From NCBI GenBank assembly GCA_010405405.1, contig MU004241.1, forward strand, positions 1,027,359-1,091,358: a DNA stretch of 64,000 nt, written 5' to 3'. The notes beneath the pieces were generated by a model that worked only from the letters and a program-made list of their open reading frames with translations, did no database searches and was not told where the DNA came from. How positions within the stretch are numbered: the stretch's first letter is position 1; each line of letters opens with the position of its first letter. This stretch comes from Microthyrium microscopicum. Lineage: Eukaryota. A program made the position numbers and the translations under genes. Below, piece by piece: positions 48,901-61,559 of the stretch.

Positions 48901-50826
48901 ATCTGGAGGCATATCTCTGAACAAAGACTCCTCGAAATCGGGGTCAGAGAAATATCCCACATCCTTGTCGTGTATTGGCTGTGCTCTGGAAGCGGACTGA
49001 CATTGTGGTACTCCGGTGTAACTTGGGGGCTTTCTGATTTCCGATTGATTTGTTTGGTTGTTTTTACGTGGAAAATCATACGATTCTACCCTCGGAGCAA
49101 ACTGTATTCCTTTGCCAGCGTTCCAAGTCTTAACAGGACTTTTAGGTGGTTCAACATCGCTGACAAAAGACTGCGTTTGTTTCACTAGTTCTGGACTTTG
49201 GAGATATCCGGACTTTGGCTCGCGAGGCGCAACTTTTTCATCATAATTTCGCGGTGCTTGAGTGGACTGCACCATGATCGCTTTACTATGCTGGTCCGAG
49301 GGCGGTCTGATAAGGTTTCCTCCCTGTAAAAGCTTCGCCGTGGTGAGATATTGAATAACCGACAGTTGCTCCTCCTTCATCTTAGCCGTGAGCGCAATGT
49401 TCTCTTTCGAAATCAGCTGGAAATCCCTGCCTTGGTCAAAAGCGTCATGTAGATCTTGTGCGAGTTTATCTTTTCGCGTTTTGAGATGGGTCAGAGTACT
49501 GCTGGAAGCCTTGAGATACTCGACCGCTGTTCGTCGCATACCATTTGCCTGTCGTCTGACCCCCAACTCCGGAGGAAGAGGTTCTCCTTTCTCAAAGTAT
49601 TCGTGAAGGGTCTTTTGGATTGCAATCTTCTCCTTTTCAACTACTTTCAATTCTGCATCCAGGTCTTGGCACGACCACTTAAGAAACATGTCAATGACTG
49701 CAAGATCTCGATTTGAAATTTGCTGAAGTAGCGCTGGAGCCGGCTGAGGAGGGAATACTTGGACCACCACTGGAGTATTTACGGTTTTGATCGGAGGGGA
49801 TTCCGGCACTGCATCGGCGGAGTGAAATTCAGTATCTCCTCCGCTGTCGAATTCATCGCCGGAATCTGGTATAACACGCCGCCTAGATATCTTGATATTT
49901 GATTGAGCATCAGAATTGGTGCGACTCATAGTCTTTCTTTTCCTTTTCTCGCTCCCCGAGGAGGTAGGGACAACAGAATGCGGCTCTTTCGGTTTGGGAC
50001 GATTGACAGATGGTGGCTGATGAATATCTACAAACGTCTCCGGCTTCCGCCTTCTCACTTGTGAAAGCAATGGGGATGGACTTCGGATGGGCAAACTGAG
50101 TTGGCTCGCAGACTTTCGGGGGCTAAGTAAATCATAAGGCGGTGGCGGATCTTCTCGGTTCATGATAGCATCTATCGCTTGAAATCCTTCATCATCTTCG
50201 ACTGGCGTTGCTGCTCTTCGCTTCGGGGCTAAAGCCGTAGATGTTCCTGAGATATCACTACTTTTGCGTTTGTGTCCTGTGCGATGCCCGGGCTTTGTTG
50301 GTTGAGGGTCCATGGTCAAGTCAAGCGACTGAATGTCAGACGGTAAAGGAATCATGGTCATTGGGACTTGAACGGTGTTTGACATCGTACGTCCCACTCT
50401 ATCGTTGACGGTGTAGCTCTGTCCGAATTGATCTTCATTGTTGTCCGTCGAAACAGGCGTTGCTTTGCGACTTGACTTTGGGGCCGTTCTCAGTCTGGCC
50501 ATATCAGGACCAGGCATGGAAGTTTGAATGTCCGGGCCAAAATCGTGTTGTTGCCTGGATTGATGTTGCTCGATACCCGTAGCCAACGTTACCGACTCTT
50601 CAATCAGATGCTCCAAGATTGGGCTTGGATCTCTTGCAGTTTGTAACCCACTAATTGTGTCATCTGGTGGAATGTCGAAACTCGTGTTAGAGTAATCCAC
50701 GAGAGTCTCTGCGCTAGGATCAACAGGCGTGTATGGTGCGGCGAGTGGGGGAATGAAGGGTCTGTTGTTGAGAAGCCAGTTGATCTGCTCGGTGAGGTTG
50801 TTTACAGTGGCGGTACTAGAAGGCAT
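45902..50826 (-). CDS. SGS1: RecQ helicase (Sgs1/BLM/MusN/QDE-3 type) with RQC and HRDC domains, 2 exons
   Basis: FRPNQ, MPTGGGKSLCYQLP, DEAHCVSQWGHDFRPDY, ALTATA, YYQETGRAGRDG, CRR...CDNC Zn site; HRDC-like region in exon 2. Confidence 0.95.
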
Positions 50827-51321
50827 TGGATCCGTATATGCCTTCTACGCTAGCTTTGTCCAGGAGAATGCGCCCCATGAGAAGTTCAAGGACTGCGAGC
50901 CTTGCAATGTGTCGGGAGTTATGGTTTGTAGGAGTCGAGGTCCGAGTGCGAAGGCGATGTCGAGATACGGAGGTACAACGACGCGTTGACGCGTCGGGAT
51001 TGGCTCAAAATATTCAATGCACACGATATCAGCTGACCTGGCCGTCTCAAAATATTCTGAGCGTTGGAGTTGAGCTAACCACTTTAGGTTCCACTATAAA
51101 CACGAAGCTAGATTAAATGTTCTGAGCGGTATTTAAATGGCTCTTATCGTCTCTTTAAATGTGACAGGAAAGTGACTGGTCGTCTTCGAGTATATCTAGG
51201 ACAACCTGCGTCGATAGCCCGCCAAAAAGCATGCCAGAAAGCCTCCATGACCTCAATCATACTCTAACAGGAATCTCGCTTAGAACTTTAAGTTTCCAGT
51301 TTTCATTCCGGTGTCTAACAG

Positions 51322-52156
51322 TTATACCTTGCCCAATAACAGGTTACCGACCATCTCTCTCGCAGTTATGCGTACTGTGTGGTACAGAGAGGGAATATCC
51401 AAGGTGCTGGCGAAAGCATCCGCAAAACCGAAAGGCAACATGCCAGGGATAAATCCTAAAATCATGTTAGATATGCGCAATCAGTAATGATTCGAAAAAC
51501 ATTACCCTGCGCGAGCTCGATCGCCCAGCAGCCCTCGTGCATTTTATACTGCTTTGCTTTGCCTCTAACCAAATGGTGCACCGAGCCTTTTGGATACCGT
51601 TCCATTACTAGTGAATTTTGGGTTGCTGCCCACTGCTCCCCTTCAATGATGTTGAAGTAGTCGTCCGCTGTATGCCGACCACTATGACCCTCAGTGCCCA
51701 ATGGTGTGCCAAAGACAATCAAGTATTCGGTGATGCTAGCATGGAGGAGATACATCGACCCCATTGCGCCGCCAGCATTGTTGAAGACCCATTCGGAGGC
51801 GTATGGGGAGATTTGTTGCGCGCGCTTTTCGTCTTCCAAGAGCGCAGTGTAGGCATCCCACGATGGATGGTCGGGGAATGGGTTGGCGTTCATGTGTGGG
51901 CCATGCTCGCGACGAAGGCTTTCGGAGATGTGATGGACGACTCCGGCGGTGGAGTTTGGGTAGAGTTCTATTGCTTCCTGGACGAGCGCATGCATCTTGC
52001 CATGCTCGAATATGTAAAACCGTTCCTAGAATCACACATCAGGGTATCGACTTACACTACTATGGCTTGTCTTACCTTGACTCCATCAACCCAAACTGCT
52101 ACACCAGCTAGCAGAGCAACAACAAGCGCTAGAAGCGCCGAACGAGGACCAAACAT
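51322..52156 (-). CDS. ERG2: C-8 sterol isomerase (Erg2/sigma-1 receptor family), 3 exons
   Basis: EWVFNNAGGAMGSMYLLHASITEYLIVFGTPLGTEGHSGRHTADDYF motif; N-terminal TM helix; ends GKV-TAA. Confidence 0.93.
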
Positions 52157-52739
52157 GTTGCGATGGTGTTGAAAGGAAATGTAAACACCACTCGGAGAAT
52201 TTCAGGGTGCAAGAAGATTTCAGGATCTACCAATCAAATGACCGAAATGACTCTAGATCTGTGCACGGACTCATGGCTCAGCCTGATCCATTTGATATCG
52301 GCCTCTCATGCTTCGGGTACTGTGGAACTGTACAACCGGATGTCAGACGTGCTCTCCACTGACCTGCGTGCCTGCAAGTTGCAAGAAAATGTTGATACAA
52401 TAATATTAGGCTTAGTCGTGCACAAATCAAACCTCAGCCTGGTGAATTATCAAGTCATTTTGAATTGACGTGATATGTTATATTTGATTGATCAAGTACA
52501 TACAAGGGCTCTGACGAATGGATCAGGTAGTATTTAAACAATGGTAAATGAGGTTTTGGCGCAATTGCATGTCACTTTCGATAAATTGTGAGGAAAAACG
52601 ATGCAATGTTGATTTGACGTGATTGATTTATTCAGGTATCATAAGCATATCATTAGGTATTGACATAAAGCATGAAGCATTCAAAGGGGTAAGAACAAAA
52701 GGTTCGAACTCCAACTAATCATCTCAGAAGTGTAGAGAT

Positions 52740-53063
52740 TTAGTGCTTGTCTCCCATTCCAAGAGCGTTCTTGGTCTTGTCGAGAACACTCTCGCCTGTT
52801 CCTCCGTGAACGGCATCGTCCTTGGATCGACCCATCTTGTCAGCGGCTGATTGGCCTGTTGACTTCTCAGAGTCTGGCATGACGGATCTGTGAGTCAATT
52901 AGTATAAGCTTTGAATGATGCTTAGTGCTTAAACATACCGTGAGATTTTGTCGCCAGTGTCGGTGAGACCCTCCTTGGTCTTCTCCATGGTAGACTTGGA
53001 AGAGTCGGGGGTCATGCCCTCCTTGGCCTTGGTGGAGAAATCTTTGCGTCCGGCGTCAGTCAT
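52740..53063 (-). CDS. HSP12: Heat shock protein 9/12 (Hsp12), 2 exons
   Basis: MTDAGRKDFSTKAKEGMTPDSSKST...|SVMPDSEKSTGQSAADK...LGMGDKH. Confidence 0.93.
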
Positions 53064-53177
53064 GTTGATTGATTGAAATGAGTTTGGTTTGGTAAGTGTT
53101 TGGTTGTAGAATTGGTTTTGAATTGTAGAGTTGATGGATGATGGAGAAAGGATGAAAAGTGCTTGCTGGGACGAAGC

Positions 53178-53915
53178 TTTATAGAAGATAAAAGACCAAA
53201 GCTGAGCATTTGACGTCACGGTAGTAAAGGTAAACGGAAGGAACAACAACACTCAGGTTGCCCGGTGGCATTGGCACATATGCTTGCCTTCCTTGTGTTG
53301 CTCTCACTGGTTGAGAGGGGTCAGTATGATGCTCGATCTCGCCTTCCTCCAACAATGAATGACGTGGTAAGAGCAGAGTTTCACAAGCACTCTTCAGCAA
53401 CCCACTGTAATGACCATTTAGAGCTAGGCCTTTGAGATACAGTGCTGCATACATGGATATCTACCAGCATTGATCCCAAACAGCAGTATTTTGAGTACCA
53501 ACATGAGCATGTCACATGAAGCATATGACGCTGCCCGGCTGCGGGAGTTATTGGTTGACCCTATACCTCAGAACCTAGACCTCTGTGCTGATTTGCGGGG
53601 GGCCAGGACCACGGAATAAAAATCATGGCAAAGTGACGAACATAGGAAAGTCAGTACCGATGATATTGATCGACATGGCCGATATCATTAATGGTAAAAC
53701 AGGTAACTACGCCAGCAGTAGTCAGGGCTTTTGGGGCCAGTGGCAGGTAAGGCATGCAGCCAGGCGTACCTACCCGAGGCCTCTGGAGGTTAGAGAGAGA
53801 AACATTTCATTATTTAGTTTGGAACATGCTCTGCATCTTTCGCTTGTGCTATACATCTCATGTGGGGTTGTCGTACGCGGTATTCCGTAGTGGTGGGTCT
53901 AGATCCGTGACGTCA
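53178..53915 (-). promoter_or_regulatory. Stress-responsive HSP12 promoter: TATA box, two CRE (TGACGTCA) sites, STRE
   Basis: TATAAA on minus strand at 53178-53183; TGACGTCA at 53211-53218 and 53908-53915; AGGGG at 53316-53320. Consistent with Atf1/Msn2-type control known for hsp12/hsp9 genes. Confidence 0.6.
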
Positions 53916-54779
53916 CACCACGTTTCCCCGTGTTTAAGCGGCGGGGAGATCCAACGGACGCTTCAACACCATGTCCTTACAAGTTTATGTAGCTGTTGCT
54001 GGAATAATGCCAGATTATTTCGCCGGACATCGGGTTAGATGCGAGTCGAACCAATTACTATCGGTTTCTCACCAGACCGTTTCGAGGACACTATGCGGTA
54101 GACATGCGAGGCACCGTTACCGCCATGTGCTTCTCGCGTGGCCTAGCGGAGGGCTAGTCAATCATGAGAAATGTGATGGTTGATATCGTTCGTCATTTGT
54201 CTTGAATCGACTCTTAGACGACTCCATATACAACAGCTTGCAAGGAGGAATGGAAGAGGTTTTATCACGCACAGCCTAATAATCTTTGCCCAAAGGTAAC
54301 TTCAAACCTCAGCCTTATGTGACATCACGTTCAATTGCCAGGTACGCGGTCTTTATTATGCCAGTACTAAGCAGTGAGATATGCAGCGATTTGGCCTTTC
54401 CTAAATCCAACCAGTTGGCAAGCTTGAATATATTGAGCAAAGCAAGGATAGAGACACTTTGCATAACTAAGGCCGTTGCGGTAAGATCGGTTGTGAAGAT
54501 TGATTGTTTCCTCAAACGGTTCGATATCGGAACGGAATGATTTTCATAATGTGATGCAACCATTGACGTAAGGTCTCTAGCTGTATGGTGAGGGCCACGA
54601 GTTACCTGCTTATGAAGTCTATCAAGATCAAAGAGATCTGATCTTCGTGAAACGCCCTTGTTAGCAGTATGCTCAATACCGGGTGACCGCATGCATTGCC
54701 AACTTCCACTCGTGTTTGCCTAAAAAGTAGGCAGAAAGCCTGTTTGAAAACGACTTTCAAGTAGGATCGTCGATTGCGA

Positions 54780-56320
54780 TCATACAAGTCTTTCGGCCCA
54801 ATCGTTGGCTATTTTCTCCAATACAGACTCCACCACCTTGGCTTCTCGCTCAGGCACAACCTGCCAGTTGGAAATTGCTATTCGCACCGCCTTCTGATCA
54901 TCCCAAGCAGTCCCGGATACGTACATTTGTCCACTTTCATTTATCAAATCGACTAAAATGTCATTGAGACCAGAATCGCTGGCCCTGAAGAGTACAATCA
55001 TGTAGATGTTGTCCATGTTCTTCACTCCTTTTCCAGTTTTTGATGGTAAGAGAGTATAAGCTTCATGCTCATTCACCCATGACGCGACACGTCTAGCCGT
55101 GTTCACTTGCCGCTCAATTATATCCACATAGCCTTGGATGCCGTATGCATGCAGCGAAGCATACATTGGCAATGCTCTAAAGCGCCGGGAGTTTTCAATG
55201 CCAATGTTCAGTGGTGATGCAATGGTATTCGGGTCACTGTATGCAGAACCAAGATAAGCAGCGCCGGCATTCTGGAACACAGATTCTGCAACGTCCCTGT
55301 GTTTAGACCAGAAGATCCCGCAGTCATACGGCACGTTGAAGAGCTTATGGCCATCACTTGCAATAGAATCTGCGAGTTCTATTCCTGCAGTACCATCCAC
55401 AAGCAGAGGAAACTTCTCAGCCGGCAGACATCTGGCGAGGATTCCGAAAGCTAAACGTCGTCAAAAAGCCATTCTCCTGAAAGTCTCCAGCATAAATAGA
55501 GATTAGAAAACTTACCCGCATCGACATGAATCCACGCTCCATGGTCATCGCACAGTTTGCGAATTTCATGCATGTAGTTCCTAGTCGTTGCGAATTGACC
55601 TGTGTTTACTTCTCCGCAAGACACTGCCACTATACTCACCGTTTTTGGCTTGTTCAGGTGCTTCTTTAAAGCCTCAAGGTCAAACAGCAGAGGAGTTGAA
55701 GGATCCGTAACATCAATGACCGAGTTGCGACCTAAACCAACGACACTGCTGGCTTTGCGTATCGACGAATGTGGCATGGTGGTCAAAATCTGTATACCCT
55801 CGATGCCAACAAGCTTCAAAGCATCCGAAAGACCAAATTCTGCTACACTAACATCTTCTAGCCCATTTCGACGACCTGCTTCTCGAACAACAAAGTCCCG
55901 ACCGCATGCAAGGCCCAGAATGTTGCTTGCGGTTGCTCCTGTCGTAAATGTACGATGCTTCCAGTCTCTTTCGTCCAGCTTCAACAGTTCGAGGAGCCAG
56001 CGTAAAGCCGTGTCTTCAACCACAGTCGCTATGCTGTATTTGGGCAGATGGACTTGGACATTGGCATCGAGCTGCGTGACTAGATTGTCGGCCCTTGCTG
56101 CAACTGGTGTTACGCCTCCGGTGACAAAGCCGAAATATGAAGGCGCGGTTGCTCCAATTACAGCCTTTGATATCGCTTGCAAGTGCAGTTCTGTGTCTTT
56201 TGAGCCCTCAATTGGTAGATGACTGGCCAGCAGTTGAGTTTTGAGTTGCTCGATGTGGCGGGCATATTCTTCTCTAGAGCTTGGATAGAGCGCAAGCTGA
56301 CTTTGGGAGGTTGACAACAT
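54780..56320 (-). CDS. Group II PLP-dependent amino-acid decarboxylase
   Basis: PSYFGFVTGG, FTTGATASN, PHSSI, WIHVDA|AFG, ADSIASDGHKLFNVPYDCG (PLP Lys) and ENSRRFRALP motifs; substrate unknown. Confidence 0.9.
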
Positions 56321-57235
56321 CTGGGATACGGCTTCCCTTGTTATTCTAGGCCTTGCTAGAGACCGAATTTCGAAGGTTATAGTATGATATATATTCACTG
56401 CTCATGCGAGTCTGACTCTTGAAGCTAAACCGATGTCGGAACCACTGGTCGTCTAGTGCTTTTCTACCTGTACTGAATCCTTCAAAGTACGGATAGTTGC
56501 TAATGTTGCTGGATATGGCAGGTGGTGATCGGACGCTACCCCGTTCGATTTCATAATCACAAGGATACATAATCTGTAAAAAGGGAGCATAACACAGCTA
56601 CTAACTCAAAAAGTAGGCGCGCTTTGTATCTATGTTGACATCGATGGATGGTGCTGCAGCTGCTTCTGTCTGCTGAGGTGAAAGTAATTTGGCATCTCTA
56701 TTCTCAATAAGATCAAAGATATATTTACTGCGAAGTCATTGTGAAGAGCTTCAGAGACGCGCCAGGGCATAGATTTGACGTGTTGGTTCCCGCGCTGCAA
56801 GCTGGTGGGGAACGATTGGTTTCGGCGACCCAACGAGGCAGGTCACCACCAACAGTTGACGTCCTGCCTGCCTCTCAACCGCATGCACCAACCTCTATTA
56901 AGCAACCATCTCTTCAACCCAACTCGATACATTACAACTCATTTCTTTAAACCATACAACAAACGTGTCCTTCTCATCGCCGTCGCTTCAAAGTCTAATC
57001 ATCGGATTCTGTGTCGACCTACTGACTTGAAACACCAATCACAGCCCCATTCAGGCTGCCGTCATCAATCTTCGCGATCTACAAGACCTCTCGCCTCCTA
57101 TAGCCCCAACACGTTTCTATCACTATCTCCCAAACCTTTGGCGGATCATAGGTACTTCAGATCAAGCACCCAAGCAATATCTCCACTTGCACACCCCACA
57201 CGGCGAACCCGCCCCGCTTCACAGCTTAAATAACC

Positions 57236-57955
57236 ATGTCTACCTTCATAGAAAATCTCTGGAACTCCGTCTTCACACCTGGTACTACACCTACGCTTCT
57301 AATCGCAACAAACGTTACATTCGGAGCTCTCCAAGTTGTCCTTGGTATCCTTTTAGCTACCACCAAATCAATACACTTTATCGTCCTATCAACACTCTGC
57401 GCAGGCCTCTGGTGGGCTATCAACTGGTTCGCCGCAGAACTACAGAAAGCAGAAAAGGCAGAACAAGAAGCCGGCCGGCTAAGGAAACGACGCACCGGAC
57501 TCATGGAAGAAAAACGTGAGAACGATCGTGATACCGATTATACTGGGGAGGACTCCACGGAGACTGAGACGGAGGTTGAGGGAGATCAGCCCAAACGCGT
57601 CCAAGTTCGTGGTGGACCGCATAAGGCTCAGGCTGTCATGGATAGTGCTGCTGGCGCGAGCGACGACGCGTCGGAGCATCCTCGCATGCGCATTCGCGGA
57701 GGACCTCAGAAAATCCTTGGAGTCATGGAAAGTGCGAAGAGGGCTGAGGCTTCGCGTCAAGAAACTGCGCGACAAGATCGATCCGCTTCGTCTGGCATTC
57801 AGATAAGGGGAGGCCCGGAAAAGATTGCAGCTGTTCTTGGATCGGCTGGACAAGACTCTGAAAGCCAGGAGTCGGCTAGACGCTCTACGGGAGAGCTTGG
57901 AGAATCAGGCTCCGTCAGTACTGACAGCGAGTGGGAGAAAGTCTCTGATCGATAG
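57236..57955 (+). CDS. PKR1: ER membrane V-ATPase assembly factor Pkr1
   Basis: MSTFIENLWNSVFTPGTTPTLL...SIHFIVLS..LWWAINWF two-TM domain; C-terminal STDSEWEKV. Confidence 0.85.
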   Translation: MSTFIENLWNSVFTPGTTPTLLIATNVTFGALQVVLGILLATTKSIHFIVLSTLCAGLWWAINWFAAELQKAEKAEQEAGRLRKRRTGLMEEKRENDRDTDYTGEDSTETETEVEGDQPKRVQVRGGPHKAQAVMDSAAGASDDASEHPRMRIRGGPQKILGVMESAKRAEASRQETARQDRSASSGIQIRGGPEKIAAVLGSAGQDSESQESARRSTGELGESGSVSTDSEWEKVSDR

Positions 57956-58381
57956 ATATGGACTATCTTGACGAGTTCCGAGACGGGATCAATGGGCAGA
58001 ATTAGCTCTATGAACGACGGAAAGACGTCTAGATGTTGCCTCAACGACCTATAAGATATACCCCAAACATTCCCAAATTCTATAATTGTGCCATCACGTA
58101 TTTCTCTCTCAATTCGTCCAATTTCAGAGAGATTCGTTACAGTATATGCTCACTGTTGATACTCCACGTGCCGCACCTGCCTAAAGGATCTGGAGATAGG
58201 GGTCTGTGCACCAGCCTAATTTTTTCGTTGGTTGGTTTTGGCGCGCACACTTCAACGACATCTTTACTCTTCACTTACCAAACTCTCATACGCAGCCAAA
58301 TATCCGCAATCAACACACGCCTCGTCTATAGAGACCTTTGTCCTTCCTCTACATAGCGTCTCTCAACCATCTCTCGTCACA

Positions 58382-58944
58382 ATGAAGCTCGTCCGGTAAG
58401 CTCGTCCCAACCTCCCATAGCTTCACCGCTGAAGTCCATGGCCCCCTCAGTCCCACGCGCATGATCAAAGCTGACAGTAATTCTATGCAGGTTCTTGATG
58501 AAATGTATCAATGAGAGTGTAACAATCGAGCTCAAAAATGGTACGTTCTCTCCTTAAAGCTTCCAAAGCTTGGTGCTGACTTTCAAAGGCACAATCCTCC
58601 ACGGTACAATAGCCTCCGTATCCCCTCAAATGAACACAGCACTACGAACCGTCAAAATGACCATCAAGGGCCGGGAAACACTTTCACTAGACACCATCAA
58701 CGTGCGCGGCTCTACAATCAGATACTTCATCCTACCCGACAGCTTGCCATTGGACACTCTGCTGATCGACGACCAACCGAAACCCAAAAATAAGGCTCGA
58801 AAGGATGCGGGCGAACGTAGTGCTGGTCCTGGCGGGCCTGGAGGACCACGAGGAGGACGTGGTGGAAGAGGGCGAGGTGGTGGCGGTGGACGTGGTGGTG
58901 GACGCGGAGGAGGACGTGGCCGTGGTGGTGGACGAGGATTCTAG
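58382..58944 (+). CDS. SMD1: Spliceosomal core protein Sm D1, 3 exons
   Basis: MKLVR|FLMKCINESVTIELKNG|TILHGTI...IRYFILPDSLPLDTLL plus RG-rich tail. Confidence 0.95.
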
Positions 58945-60109
58945 GCATGTGAAAGATGAGCGTTATGCTTCCAACGTTGAATATGAATGCGGCCGGCTAC
59001 TGGCTAGTAGGTTGCTTCTCATCAGGACTTGTACGCTTGGATCCTGATTGAAAGCTTCTAGGATTGCAGGACGTATCGGTCACGGCGTTGTCGACTCCAG
59101 GAATACCTTTTACTGATAATCACGATTAATCAACGACTTAATTCAGTCTGGAATAAAATGGATCTACGGCGTCCAAATGATGACTGATGATTCAACCAAC
59201 CTCTGCTGCTCTCCTGTGTTTCCCTTTCATGGCAACCTCTTCTGCCATTTTATATTGCTCCTCTTTGTCTTCAAGAGCGAGAATGGTACTCATTGGGCAG
59301 TTGCAACAATGACTGTGGAATTACCTCCAGTATGCTAACTAACACACTCCGTAGTTGCCTCTTTCTCACTCAAAACAGCCATTTCATCCTCGCGAACTAG
59401 GAATGGTAAACGTCTTGGTGCTTAATGCCTTGCCTGGCCATTCTCATTGCCGGAATACTAAATGACCCATTGAGTATTTTCAAAGCACTTTCACCTTATG
59501 CTTGGATTCTACGTTGGTGCCTGATCACGACCGATATAACCTTTGCTCTTCTCTTTCGCAGCACTCTGTCCCCATCATCTTCCTTACAATCTGCGCTCGA
59601 AACCAATTTTTACGATAATCCTGGTATGATTTCCCCAAGAGCACCATATTCCCCTATCCTATATCATCGACTGTTTTGGCTGTGATATACTCCCCATATC
59701 TCATAACTGAGCAGTAAATTCAGCGGTATCTGAGACGACCGGGTCAAGAGCAGCTTCTGTCTTAGCGATTGCATATCTGAATTACCGCTTCAAAAAGCAC
59801 GTACACCCCTGAGCTTTTCTTTCCCTATTAGGAGGTACTAGGGGTTCAATGGATCTCTAGAAGCTCTCGTGCGATTCGGTAGTCCTATTGACTGAAGAAT
59901 GTGCTCAACACAAACACGCTTTTTCACCTATCATTTGCCAACATTCTTACTTACTCCTCGCATTTGACTTTGAGACGTTTTCTAACCAAGGCATATAGAC
60001 CAATTGCGGCGACCGCACAAAGCAAGTTGAGCTTTCTTGAGGTTCTTGCTTCGTACCTATCCTCGCAAGATCAAATCCGCAAAGGCAAAGCCGGAAGGCA
60101 CGATATAAG

Positions 60110-61339
60110 ATGGCACTTGCAAGCAATGGCCAAAGTTCAGGCCCTATATGCAACCAGGCGGCAGGAACGTCCGCCGAGTCAAGATTGGCAAGTGCTACCC
60201 CGTTGCCACAGTCCTCACCACTGCAGCAAGTGAGTGCGGCATACGAGCATCGTCTCGGAAAGGCCACGCGCGAAATCAGCCGGTTGCAGAAAGAGCTATC
60301 CGCAACAAAAGCACTTGTTGCCCACAACAACCTGCTTCCAAATTCAGCTCATCCACCCACTATGGATTCTGCCTATCCTCAACCTCCGTATTTTCATCAT
60401 TCTACCACTATACCACCGCCATTCTTCAATATGGACCGAGAAATGCGCGACTCCTCTCTAGCCCAAGGCATGGATACCGGAACGCCTGATACTGATCCTT
60501 TCGGTCATAATCCGTACCAAGATGCAGTCGCAGCCACTGAAAAACGTGCCGAGCAGCTCGCGTTGGAGCTGGGTGCAGCACAAGAGCAGATCGCAGAGAT
60601 TGAAGCTGAGCAGGAAGATGCTATGGCTCAAGCAATCGAGTCCGAGGCCAAGTACAAGGAGGAGAAGGTAAGAATCCAATAATTCTAATATATTGTGACT
60701 GCAACCACTAACCATATCTAGACTCTTCGCTTGAAAGTCGAAGCAGAGCTGGCAAAGCTACAGGCTGATTTTGCCCTCAAAGAAACCGAACTGGAAATCT
60801 GGGATGGTCAACTGTCGAACAAATCTGAGGATCATAGTGCTCTCCTCAAAAAGCACGCAGCTCTAGAGGCACATAACCGCGGAATGGAAGATCGCTATAG
60901 GGCCCTCATTCAAGCTGCTCGCATCGTCCTCAGCTATCCATCAATTACCATGTTCGCTGGTCCACAGTATGGCGAGTTTGGTCAAGCTGTCGTCAACCTA
61001 GGACAAATGGCAGGACTTCAAGGCATGGGTCAACTTCCCTCACCACACACACCGCAGCCTCAGATGTCTCACTTCTCTGGCCCCAACTCTCCAATGGTAC
61101 GTCCTATGTTCAGTGGTCTTCCTCAAGATCATCTTGTTCATGCAGCGCAGATGGCCCATATGGGTCGAAGCCTCACGCCATATGCGCGTCCACCAACTGC
61201 CACCTTTACACCAAAGCTAGCACCTCCTCCACCAGGACGTCGCTCCTCTTCTCGCCACTCCAACTCATCACAAGGCCATCCGTTGGGCTCTTCGAAGAGC
61301 CAACAATCCCGACCTCATGATATCACCATGCACCCATGA
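60110..61339 (+). CDS. Hypothetical coiled-coil protein with Pro/Gln/Ser-rich tail, 2 exons
   Basis: ORFs 60110-60682 and 60731-61339 are joined by intron ~60668-60721; E/Q/A/K-rich helical middle region. Start uncertain. Confidence 0.65.
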
Positions 61340-61559
61340 TTACCATTGCTAGTACTCTTGACCTATTGTTCACCAATTCCTAGCCCACGATCGAGTAGGA
61401 TTCAACAACTTTTTGATGGATGTTGGCTATGACATGACAGTGATGATAGGTTTTGGAGAGTTGGAAATCAACCTGCAATGCTGAAAAGTATGATGTGTCT
61501 AGCTAGGCTAGAATGAGGGCGTAATGGTCTGTTTTGAATGCTTCATGTTCGGTAATTAA

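Noticed and set aside
58830..58940. GGTGGA/CGTGGT repeats
   Set aside because: Encode the normal RG-rich tail of Sm D1.
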